From Tubulanus polymorphus (Eukaryota > Animalia > Nemertea): DNA of 64,000 nt. The stretch covers positions 3,906,001-3,970,000 of the forward strand of contig NC_134035.1 of assembly GCF_964204645.1 (NCBI RefSeq), in the 5' to 3' direction. Every line of letters starts with the position of its first letter. Within the stretch, counting starts at the first letter, position 1. The notes below the pieces were generated by a model. It saw only the letters and a list, made by a program, of their open reading frames with translations, had not been told where the DNA came from and ran no database searches. Positions 52,376 through 64,000 of the stretch are shown here, in pieces. Made by a program: the position numbers and the translations under genes.

Positions 52376-55300
52376 AACTACCATCTCAACGTACTTTATA
52401 TTTCGTTTTTATCGTGGGATTCTCGCACAACGCGGATATAGTGTTTTATCAATGTTGATTGATATCTTATCCACTGAATTATGAGGATATTCCACACAGT
52501 TCCGACCCGGTTCCGCATTCATTTCGGATTGGAACGGACTGCTGAGCGTATAGTCGCAATTATTTCATTTTCAACCATTTTTGACTTGCGAGTTGAAAAG
52601 AAGGTTACATACATCGTAGACAAAGCCGAAGAAAGGTTTTTCATGGAAAGCGCCTATTCACCGTGTATAAACAACCGAACTAACAAGATTAATTTGACGG
52701 AGTTTATTTTCTCTTTTACAAAGCGACAAAAGCCACACCCACGCTTTGATATGATTAGCTATAAATAGTGGCTCCGGGCGTACATAAACGAACTATACAC
52801 GGGTACTGGTTTGTCAAGGCAGATTTCTATTTTTTTGAAACACAAAAAGGCTCAACGTGGCCGTATAGGAAAGATTTTGCTGACATTTTCAATCGATCAC
52901 AAAGGTATATATTTAGATGTCGTAGTCATAGGCGTACGCATTCAAAGTGGCATTTAGTTCGTGTACATCAGAATTGAAATTGACCTTGGAATGGAGAGCC
53001 TTCGATAATCTGAAAAACTGAAATCATTAGCATGCGGAAAAAAGAAATTGTGGCTTCGTGTGAGAAATTTTGTTGCATTTGGGTTAACAATTTGTCCTGT
53101 AAAAACGGTTCAACTTTTCATTAGCAACGTGATAGGTATTTAGATTGACTTGTCGGGTGTAGATAGTTTGAAAATATTTTTCTTCGGTCACGTTTACAAA
53201 CGCGCTTGACATGGTTAGATGTACGATACATGGAGATTTAACATGACGAATTACAAAATCGTGCGAAGCAACAGCAGACAATAAACCACCGCATTGCATT
53301 GAAATAAAGTACTAACCACATTTCGGACTCGTCTCGTAGGCTCAAAGTAGACCCCTGTTGAACTCCGGAAGTAAGGGTTAGATAAACAGCTATTTAACTT
53401 TAGTTAACAGTTAATTTTCTACCTTACAGATGGAACCGAGGTGAACCGCGGACACCGTTATTTCCTATGTTTAGTTATTAAAAGCTCTATAGATATATAT
53501 ATAATATATAGTGTCGAATGCTTTTGAAAGGTCGATAACTACACCAGTTTTAATTACGACCTTGTCAATTTTACACTATCAGCGCTATTTCATCAGTAAC
53601 GAAACAATGAATTGATTTTCTGAAACCAAATTGGCGTTCAGCTGAAAGTTCTAATTACCTGTTATATGTTCTATAATTTTAGAGGTGGGTGGAAGGACAG
53701 AAATGGGGCGATAATTGCTAAAAATAGTTCTAAAACCCGTTTTAGAAATTGGTGTAACGTGCCATTTTGAAAATATTGGGTAAATCTCCCGCGAATTGAA
53801 ACTGCTATGTTAAGGATTTTCGCTACATTATTAGAGGCTGGTTTTCAGTTTGAAACAGCCCTCGTGAATACAGCCTTAACCGTGAAACCCTGCCTCACGG
53901 CGAACCGAGTTTTAAACCGTATCCTTTTATGCGCGACGGATGAATCAAGTCATCAGCAACGATGCTGCGAATTTAACTATCCCGTAGATGAAGCGTCGGG
54001 GCGCTGTATGGTTGTTTAACGCTCGGCTATACAATCATGATAGAAAATTAAGTATCAATCTAAAGCTGGATGTTGCCAGTAAATACCGTGGAAATGATAT
54101 TCCGGCGAAAACATCGCCGGTTTAACGATCGCCTATAAAAGGCCACCGTGTTATTGCTTTCATGGGCGTGCGGTAATCAATTACATGGCTGCCCCGCTGG
54201 TAGATTGGCCGTTAGCGCGATTAGCCGCCAGATCGCTGAAACTCTGGTGGCTTGTCGAGTAAAAAGAACGCGCAGCTTCGTGAACGCGACCGCCGACAAT
54301 AACGCCCCGCGTCGCAGCGACGGCTTTTAGCGTAGTTGATATCGCGAAATTAAACCGCGGATATATAGTAAAACATATCCGAAAGAGAGCGGCCAGCTTC
54401 GCTAAAAGGTTTAACTGTTAAATTGATTTGATCTCTCGTCATTTATTCGGTTTATCGAAATCGATTTTGGAGTTAATCATGGGTCCAGGAGAACCACTTT
54501 TCGTGGATTTTCGTTTAATCTTTTGCGAAAAAACGCATTCGTTCAAAAATAATTTTGCTGTCACGATAACTTCAAAGATCAAATACTTATGGACGACTGT
54601 ACCCAGGACGGCACCTAAACATTTGATGTATTTTTTTTCAGTGGGCCAAAGTCCAAAATTCATGTTTCAGTTAAGCTGCCTTTAACGGTGTTTCTCATCT
54701 TAAGCTCAACGCACTCGAATTCACCATTACATACACCTGTATCAAGCTACGATAGAAGCCCCATATTTCCACCATACAGTCACGTCTGGTCCCTCGTCGA
54801 AGTATTCTGCGCTCTCCAACAACAACGCCACCAAATCTCGTTTTTGTCTGTCGAATTATGCGTGAAAAGATTGAATTACGTTTCTAAAAATATCACCGAG
54901 AGATAAAACGACGCGTGATGCCGGTTTCGTTATTAATCCGCTGGGCTTGACTTATGAAAACGTCGAACAAACCGCGGCTGTCTGTCGCGCGCGCTAATCC
55001 CCCTTCCTCGTATTGAGAGCGAAATAATCGCTGCGTTATACACAAATCTATCAACTGAAATCTATTTAGCGTCGGGATACAGCGCGTCAGAAATTGAATT
55101 TCGCGGCGCAAGCTCGAGGACATAATGCCTTTTCCGTTGCACAAATATCGTAATTTATGATTATAAAGACCGATTCGTCGTAGCTTGAACTGATTTGCGT
55201 CAATTAAGACGGCGACTCGATCCGGCGCGGAGACCGTCGCGGCTGTGTTTATCAGAAAGGTTACCGGGGTTATTCCGCGTCCTGCGCTTCTGGTTTCATG

Positions 55301-58300
55301 TACCGAACTCATTTTTCTCCAGGTTCCGAATATTGTCTCCTCTCTCTCTGATCTAACAGATCGGTCATAAAATACTGTGTCAAGTTGGCTAGACAAAATC
55401 GATTCGGGGTTGTGAGTGCCCCTGGACGGAGCCAGAATCTATACGTTTTTATGTTGGCCTTTGAAAGATAGAAAAGACATGTCATTATATTGCGGTTGAA
55501 TTCGAAGGAGTTCACCGTGAGCTCTCGTCAGTTACAAACGGGCGCCTGGAATTCAAACTCAGCGTTCCGTCTTTACATTCGAAATTCATCGTCTCTCCGA
55601 AGCCTTTGAAAATAATGATAAATAGTTGTCCATAAGACGGAGTATAGAGTCACATGTATATTGGACACGAAATGGCAGTCAACCTTGACTTTTTATTTGA
55701 AGTAGCTTTTTACTTCACTTGATGTCCGATATGACGCGCTTCGACGTCACGTCAGGGGCATTCCCTCTGTAAAAGACCTAATCGGAATGCGAGTCCAGCG
55801 TAGTTTATCAAACGCTGCATTTCTGTTGTTTTTTTTTGTCATATATGTCGATCGTCACACTCACACGCAGCAGCAATTCCCCGAAGAAAACCCGAATCGT
55901 ATTCAGATGAAGAGCGAGCTTTTAGCCGGTTATGAGCAGTGCTAATCGATGTAACGTATGTATATGCGTATAAGTAATATACGCTCGGTGCAAGGCGTAC
56001 GAAAAGTTCTGCCGCATGCACTGTAAATAACCGCGGCCATATTTTTTTCGAACGATGGACTGCGCGACGTAAAAACGACGTTTTCTCCTCGGCGTCGACG
56101 TGACACGACACGCGAAGCTCCGTTACCGGAAGTGACGAAACTGTATCCTGCGCAGCGAGGATAAACAGACGATGCGGCAGGTATTATTTCAAAGTAACTC
56201 TCGGTCGATGTGTCTTTTTACACAAACATCACAAACATCGTCGTTCCCTGATATAATGTAGTGACGTTGAGATAAATCTTGACGTACGCCGTCTGTGTTA
56301 TGTATGTTAATCGTAAAATAGCCACACTGACGTGATGAACAGATGATAAGTTTAAAACCCACTATATACCGAATTTAAAAGTTTAAAACGAATTTCATTT
56401 GTCAAGAATTTGAATCGAAATACAATCGAACTTTCGCTATAGTAAGTATACGTCGTATATTTTGATTTAAATTCTTGATAAATGAAATTCGTCGAAATAC
56501 TCAGAATAAATGGAATGGCCCCAGCGTAGAACTTATTAAGAATTTATATGTCGGACCGAAATATATTCATGGGCATTTCCTTCAACTTTTTGCGAGAAAA
56601 TATCTGACGGAAAAATTACTCGACAACCGTCAACATATACAATAAGTCGACAGCTCGCGTAACTTCGTACGTACTTAAAATGTGAGCAAAGCAAAACTCG
56701 CTGAAAATCGTGCGAAAGGTGAGAAACTTTCGGATAGTAAGTTTGTAACAAACCCCTTATCGGACAGAACTGTCATCAAACGTGTGAAAATACTTTCATC
56801 AAACTCTTTGTTATTCGAACGCGAAGGCGCGGAGACTTTTTACATTAATGATGAAGAGGCCACGTTGGCCTTGGATAAGTAAAGGTCCTCCGTACGCGTG
56901 CGTGACCTTTTCGTAATCAATAGCACACATGTCGCATTAATTCTACCTAAGACATGGCGCGTTACGAAAGATGTAAATACTATTCGTAGTTACGTATATA
57001 CACGCTAGTTTTGAGACGATATAGACAGACCCTGTAAATGTGACACCGTATTGGATGCATAGTTGATGTTGTAGGGTTTTTAAATCTAGCTTTCTAACGC
57101 TCCCTGTTGAACTGGATTGTTCGTATTTCAGACGTTTTGCTTATCGAGAGTTTATAAAGGTGAACCGCACGATATAGCAAGCAAATCGAAACTGAAACTT
57201 CTAACGATTAACTACGGAACAGATTACAGATTATAACCGTTTAATTCTCAGCATTAGAACGATCAATTCGTTTCGAAATATCTAAATAGATCCCGTTAAA
57301 GTTAGAATTATGTCTAATGTAACATTCAGCTCCATCGAATTCAAAAATGTATTACGAATGGCCTGATTTATACATCAACCTATTTCCGCCTATATTTACA
57401 CTTGAGTCACACATTTTATTCAATATTCAATAGCCTACGTTTTCTTTTTTTTCAAATTTTGTGTTTCGAATTCAAATAAGAACAAAAAATCATATACCTG
57501 TGTATCTATTTCTCTCTGCTCGTCGAATGCGGCAGACACAGGTTGTTTCGTGATAATTTCCTCCGTCAAAATCTGAAATTTATTCATATCGTTTTCGCGT
57601 ACGGTATTTTTACGAAACATTTAATTTCAACGTTTGCGTGGTTTTAGGTCGTAAAAACTCGTCTGGTGACTATGACGGCGCTATGGAGTCTGGCGGTTGT
57701 ATTTTTCTTTACGTCAAACGGAGGAAATAAACGCCGATGTTATTTGTTTTTTGTACGACATTTTCATTCCCGCGTTTTGAATTCGTATTTATTCAGCATT
57801 TGAAAGTCGATGTATTGTAGTTTTCGATGGCGCGTTTAACGGTGCAAATAGTCAACCGTACAGCGAGTTTTTCCATCGCCGGAGCTTAGAGTCTAGTGCG
57901 GGGGTCTATCACGACAAGTATAGTTGAATAGCCAGTACTCGGAACGTGGGAATGTACATCGTGTAAAGGGCATCGAGTTGACACGAATATTCGGCATCAA
58001 TTCCATCAATTCATATGAGTCCAGTGTCCGGATTTTAGTCGTAACCTAAAAGGGTGGAGGCATATTCACGAAAAAAAAAACATAATCGGGAGAGGAATGT
58101 TATAAGGGATTTTCTTTCCCTTGGAGATTATTAGAAGTGGGCTTCATCATTCGATTCCCCATGCAGCAAAGAAACGTACATAGACCGGAACAAAGTGCGG
58201 TACGAGCGTAAAGGAATGTCCAAGTCCTTCTCGGTAAAAATCCTTTCGATCAATTTTCGAATACTCACTCATACGTGGAAAACACACAATCAGATCAAAA

Positions 58301-58745
58301 CCAAGATCAAAGATCGGAAACGAATTCTATTCATCCAATATTAGAATCAAATGACATGACATTTCGAAGTCTCTGTCTGCGTTTTTATTTCTGCTAACTT
58401 CTAATTCTTGATAGGTAAATTACGTTTTTAATCTTTTATATTTTCTAAGCAGTCTTGGTTTTGCCCACGTGCGCCGGAAACAATTCCCAAATTGTTTTAA
58501 TCAACATCACACGTCATTTGAAATGATATTCGAGCTTGAATCGCACACATGTCTGATATAAGAGTGTAAATATTTTCTGGTGAAATTGTTTGCCTTTTCG
58601 TATTGATTGTACGATTATGGTATCTGTTTAGAACGATAACCACACTCAAACGTGGTGAACGGATAATAAGATAAAATCCCACTATTTACAGATTAAAAGA
58701 ATTTAAAAACCAGAATTTATTTATTAAATCTAAAATATTTAAAAG

Positions 58746-58787
58746 ACACGACGTTTCGATCTCACCCTAGAGATCATCGTCAGGTGT
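58746..58787 (-). ncRNA. Minimal type I hammerhead ribozyme
   Basis: ACAC-CTGACGA-T-GATCTC-TAGGGT-GAGATC-GAAAC-GTC-GTGT. Confidence 0.75.
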
Positions 58788-58880
58788 GAGAAATAGACTA
58801 AAAACAGTTCTTCACTCACCAATTTACTCAATTTACCTGTCCTCCTCTGTATATATACCCCTGTTTTTAGTCTGTTTCTC

Positions 58881-58922
58881 ACACCTGACGATGATCTCTA
58901 GGGTGAGATCGAAACGTCGTGC
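58881..58922 (+). ncRNA. Minimal type I hammerhead ribozyme, inverted copy
   Basis: ACAC-CTGACGA-T-GATCTC-TAGGGT-GAGATC-GAAAC-GTC-GTGC. Confidence 0.75.
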
Positions 58923-61067
58923 CTTTTAAATATTTTAGATTAAATAAATAAATTCTGGTTTTTAAATTCTTTTAATCTGTAAATAGTGGGATTTTATCTT
59001 ATGGTATCTGTTTATTTCTTTCAATTTCTTTGTCTTGTGGTGTGTATCTTTTTACTTTTGTATTCGAACTGATACGATGAATGAATAATCGAAGTCGTGA
59101 TTTAAAGAGTTGACTCTGTGAATCAGGAGCCCGGGTCGTAGAATAGGCCCTATACAAAACTATTTAGACGGTTACAGTTTTGGCTAAATGCAGTACAATA
59201 TGCATCTCAGTCAAACCGAATAAGAATTTATGGCCCAAAACTAAACTAAAACGGAAGAGTGACGCAATGACTGTAAACACGCTTTCAGTTCTCGTTTGTT
59301 TGAGTGGGTGTCGTGATTTCAAGACGTCATATATTCGACTCAGATTCTGTGGCTAATTTGCGAGAAAGGGCCGCGGGCGTTAGCGACTCTCATCCAACGC
59401 GTTGTGATAATACAGCTTCGTTTTTCTTCCAACGCGCGCGCACTCGAACGGATTCCCGGCCGGTTTTCGACGACGACGACGACGACGACGAATCGAGTCG
59501 TCGAATCGAAATCTGAAAAATACTCGTTTCGCAGACGCGATCTACGGTTAATTTATCCACTTGGATCCGATCGCTACCATTAGTGGTTCGACACTCGACG
59601 CCAATCAACCCGTTGCTCGAGTATTATAAAATGACAATATGTCAGCCACTACACACAGCGCTCTCTCTCCTCGTCACTCAGTGTAACATGGCTAATATCG
59701 AAATATAACCACGTGCCACAAGTCAGCGCTTACTCGCTCTTGAAGTCTTATTATTCGTAAATCCCGGTTTATTTATACTGATATCGTTTTTTGACGTTTG
59801 TTCGCGTGTGGTGTAATTAGTTATTCGGAGAAAAAAAACGAGTGATACACCGGCAATGCCGTAAGAGAATTTACGTATTATCCGCGCCACAAGCGATCGG
59901 CAACCTGAATTCACTCCCTTAAAATACAACGAATTAACACTTAAACCACCATCTTTCTCTTACATGTACAGGTTTCCTTTAATGCGTCGAGGACTTCACA
60001 TTAATGAATTAGAAATTAACTAACAATTTTCTAAGCGAGCTTTTCAAACGTGGTCGGTCAGACTTCACTCATCGATCTTGAAGTTATACCGCAACGTAGA
60101 TCGGTATCTATACTTGCCAGTTATTTGGTAGTGTCGTACATTAAAAAAAAATCCATTCTAAATCTTAAATGAGGTCCTGCATTTTTTTTTACAAGCGGCA
60201 GCTGGGGCGGTCCAGGGTTAACGAAAGTATAGGGCTGTCAACTTAAGAAATCTAGGGCCTCTTTCTTCCCAAGCTATGCGGCGATTTCGTTGTTCGCATA
60301 GACTACGACTTTTTATAACCGCTTCAATTGTAAAAAAAAACAGCAAATTGCCACTATACAAAAATTGTGATATTTTTCCATTTTTCAAGGTTAAATTCGA
60401 CTTAACTTCCGAAATCATTCTGTCCGAAATGTTTTGGGACGGGTTTCTTAAGGGACTGCGAAACTCTAGGGTAGGGGTGCCCGGACCCCTACGGACAACC
60501 CCTGTATCCGCCGCTGGGCGGACTTAAACGATTTTGAAAAAAACCATCGTTATTTTCTGTCGAGTTGTCAGACGTTTTCGTCAATTCTTATTGGCTGGAC
60601 GCATTGATCGACAGACGGAATCAAAAGTTGAAATTCGCCCTAAACATTCCACATCTGGCAAGAATAATTGACTACTTTTCTTCATCAATTAATCGGTTAG
60701 TCGTATATTTTGAGATTTACTCATTCGTTCAGAGGTTTTCCGGGGATAGCTGTAGATTGATGATACCCTGCATGAGTATACCGTCTCGGAGCTCGCGGCG
60801 TATAACTCATCATAACCCGCTTCGAAAACAGAGCCGTGACATTTTTACAGCGAACGCGCGTTCTCCTTCTTTCGCGAACACGTTTGATTTTAATATCGGC
60901 CCCGAAATTGTTGCCATTCGTCACAAACCTGTTGTGGAATTCACGGCAAACTGCGCGAATTTTCTAGCGCTGATTAAAGTCAAATATTGGACTAAACTCT
61001 TGAATATCTTTCGACGTATTTAGCATTTTAATGGCGCGTTTTATTCGTCACCATCGCCTACGTTGCA

Positions 61068-61104
61068 GCTGCTGCTGCTGCTGGTTGTGGTGGTGGTGCG
61101 GCGC

Positions 61105-61138
<34 letters not shown>

Positions 61139-61316
61139 GCTATTGCTGCTGGTAGTGGTGGTGGTGGTGGTGGTGGTGGTGGTGGTGGTGGTGGTGCTGC
61201 TGCTGCTGCTGCTGCTGCTGATGCTACTGCCGCTGGTGAGGTAGTGGTGCTGTTGCTACTGTGGCTGTCACTGCTGCCGCTGCTGGTGCGGTGGCGGTGG
61301 TGGTTGTAGTGGCGGT

Positions 61317-61383
<67 letters not shown>

Positions 61384-61618
61384 GTGAGGCGGTGCTGCTG
61401 CTGCTACTGTGGCTGTCACTGCTGCTGGTGCATTAATGTTTTGCAATGAGCATTCTTTTTGGGTGCCCTTTTAATTATATAGGTCCTATTTTTAGGGTGC
61501 AGCTCTCCCTGAATCAGATCTTAGATCAGCTCCTGCTATTGTGGCTGCCACTGCTGCTACTGCCGCTGCTGCCGCTGCTGCCGCTGCTGCCGCTGCTGCC
61601 GCTGCTGGTGCTGGTGCT
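61068..61618. repeat. Compound (GCT)n/(GGT)n/(GCCGCTGCT)n trinucleotide repeat field
   Basis: Seen directly; two blocks, 61068-61431 and ~61528-61618. Confidence 0.92.
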
Positions 61619-62332
61619 TGGTTAAGGTGTATATTTGCACTAAGCCCGACGCAAACGGCAAAACGAAGCACGTCGAAAACGTCTTTCTTCACACAAGCAA
61701 AAAAAAGATCTTTCCTAGCCATCTGCGTGGGGCCGAAAATGTTTGCACAAATCATCATCGACGTCTTTTGTAAATACCTATATTGACGTCAAGCGTATAT
61801 CGGCACCGCGCGTGTGTTCTTTTTTATTACGACGAACCAATTTAGCGGCGAGAATTATAGAAAATACTAAAATCAGATCCCTCGAAATCTCTTCTGGATT
61901 ACGACGTTCACTTTAGTTCGTATTTCGGAATTCGGAATTCTCGGAAAAGCCGCACGCTAAATGCAACAAAAAATTGGAATCCGCGCCGACGAGTTCCTGC
62001 TATACATCAAAAGTATTAGTCTTTTGAATAAGTCGACAGTGACGCCGGCAAACGAATGCTTTGCATCGGGACTGCTGGAAAAAAGGTTGGATCGACTATA
62101 AAGGAATATTCGCGCGCGTCAAAATGTCTTGACATTCACCGCGCCTGACATTCAAGTTTTACTAGTAAAAAAAAAACAAACTATATACACATCGAGTGAA
62201 TTCAGACGACATTTTGTGGGTTTAATTTCGAATCGGATCATTCCCATCGTTCGCGTTTCTGATGAATTCGCAAATGCGATATGAAATTCGCGAGAAAATT
62301 AAAATCTTCTTTTCAACCAAGATCGTAAACTC

Positions 62333-62610
62333 GGGGGTGGATCTAGCCTAGGTTAGCCTGTCGATTTTGATGGAACATTTGGAATTTCTACAGCTCTGAG
62401 ACGCAATCCGAACACATTTTTGGGCATCTATCCTTCTATATCCATCCGCAAAATATGGAATTTTGACGAAAGAAGACTCGTAAAAGAATATTGAGAAGTT
62501 TACTAATTTCGATTATTCAAATTTCGACCATTCTAATTACTTCTACCGGAGCTTGAATATTAATAGAGCACTTACAAACGTGAAGTAGCGATAGGCTGGA
62601 TCCGCCCCTG
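62333..62610. mobile_element. MITE-like element with GGGG(C/T)GGATC(C/T)AG termini
   Basis: GGGGGTGGATCTAGCCTA ... TAGGCTGGATCCGCCCCTG; related ends near 60204-60516. Confidence 0.5.
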
Positions 62611-62832
62611 ATAGCCTGTAAACACGCTTCAGAAGTGTTTATTACCTGATTAGAGTGTAGGTGGGCGTGTAGCTAAAAGCTAACGCGTGATATTTCAATT
62701 ACGCGAAAGTCCAAAAGCACGTGGCAGTTGGTTAAACCACACCTAAAAGGAATGCGGGGTTATCTGGAGCCTACGTATCCAAGGTCAACTCATCTTTGAT
62801 CCGAGCATTTGGTTAAGTAGTTCCAGGACAAA

Positions 62833-63230
62833 TCCAAGTCATCCAGTCGCCCAGTCATCCACAGTCGCCCAGTCATCCAGTCGTACAGTCATCCAGTCAC
62901 CCAGTCGACCAGTCATCCACAGTCGTCCAGTCAACCAGTCATCCAGTCACCCAGTCATCCAGTCGACCAGTCATCCACAGTCGTCCAGTCAACCAATAGT
63001 TCAGTCACCCAGTCGTCCAGTCACTCATTCAACCAGTCGTTCAGTCACCCAGTCATCCAGTCACCAAGTCATCCAGTCACCCATCATCCACTCACCCGGT
63101 CAACCAGTCGTTCAGCCACCCGGTCAACCAGTCGGTCAGTCACCCAGTCATCCAGTCACCCAGTCAACCAGTCATCCAGTCATCCAGTCAATCGGTCAAC
63201 CAGTCGTTCAATAATCCAGTCAACCAGTCG
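62833..63230. repeat. Degenerate 8-10 bp satellite (CCAGTCAT / CCAGTCAC / CCAGTCGT)
   Basis: Seen directly. Confidence 0.9.
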
Positions 63231-64000
63231 GCCTTTATACTTTGTCAACCACCTATCTACAGTCGGCGCGAGTCGCTTCCAACGTATGGAATATGCCTAT
63301 ACACCATTCCTTGCACTAGGACCCCGTATTCTTACGCTTGGGCCCGATCGTCCTTCATTTACTTGCAACGTAAAATAGCTTTATGTCTAAATATACACAT
63401 CATATTCGTGAACATGGGCGTCTCTTCTAAATCTTCGTATATATATTTATATATATACATACACATAAGCATGTTTTAGGACCTTGAAGCGTCGGATGAA
63501 ATAATCAAATATCAATAAGTTATCTCTCCGTTTAGATTAAATCTTTTCGTTAACCGTTTATGAAGTCGCGTTCGAATGTTACATAAAACGATCTTAAATT
63601 GATGAGAAAATCAATTTGCGAAACATCACCGTTAAAAATGGCGTGTTTCTCACTCATGATTATGTATACACCCGGCTCTCGCACCAGCGAAAACGATTTA
63701 GAAACCGCGGCTGTGATCTGAAAGCTCAGCATGTTCGCTAGATGATTTTGCAATGAATTTGATAATCAGAAAGTTATTAAGTATACGTTTCGAAAAACAG
63801 TTCACGTTTAGGTTAGTCCCTAGGGTTGAGTCTGCGGAGTCTTGCGGGCCCTGTACACGGCCTTCAAATATATTCGGTTTTCCACCTCTGAATGAGCTCT
63901 TCAACTTCACTGCCTTATCATACGGACTTAGATCTTTTGAAGTACGTGTGCGTCACGCAGACTGCTAAGAAAGTGTTTAAGTTTACTTGGACGAACAGTA

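Larger units (their letters stand above)
58615..59014 (-). mobile_element. Young Penelope-like fold-back insertion with two intact hammerheads
   Basis: 142-bp near-perfect inverted arms 58666-58807 / 58861-59002. 16-bp direct repeat TTATGGTATCTGTTTA at 58615-58630 and 58999-59014. 35-bp tail 58631-58665. Confidence 0.8.

Overview
Eukaryotic (invertebrate metazoan-like) genomic DNA: AT-rich, with GT-AG introns and many repeats. No prokaryotic operons, rRNA, true tRNA or CRISPR arrays were seen. Four protein-coding genes were reconstructed by hand from splice sites and reading phases. (1) The 3' ten exons of an uncharacterised low-complexity protein (+, 726-10879). (2) A five-exon class A, opsin-like GPCR (-, 30698-14639) that lacks the retinal-binding lysine and carries a 128-aa SEA/ferredoxin-like module, encoded by one symmetric phase-1 exon, inside extracellular loop 2. 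(3) A two-exon IFIT/TTC22-like TPR protein fused to a C-terminal TIR domain (+, 34950-37513), preceded by adjacent NF-kB and IRF motifs. (4) An SLC45A3/prostein-like MFS sugar transporter (+, 39701-43606). Non-coding DNA holds at least seven loci with Penelope-type minimal hammerhead ribozyme motifs. Five of these sit in short fold-back elements, three with a 31-39 bp tail and a 13-16 bp target-site duplication. It also holds tRNA-derived SINEs, several MITE families and micro/minisatellites. Family assignments come from recalled motifs, not database searches.
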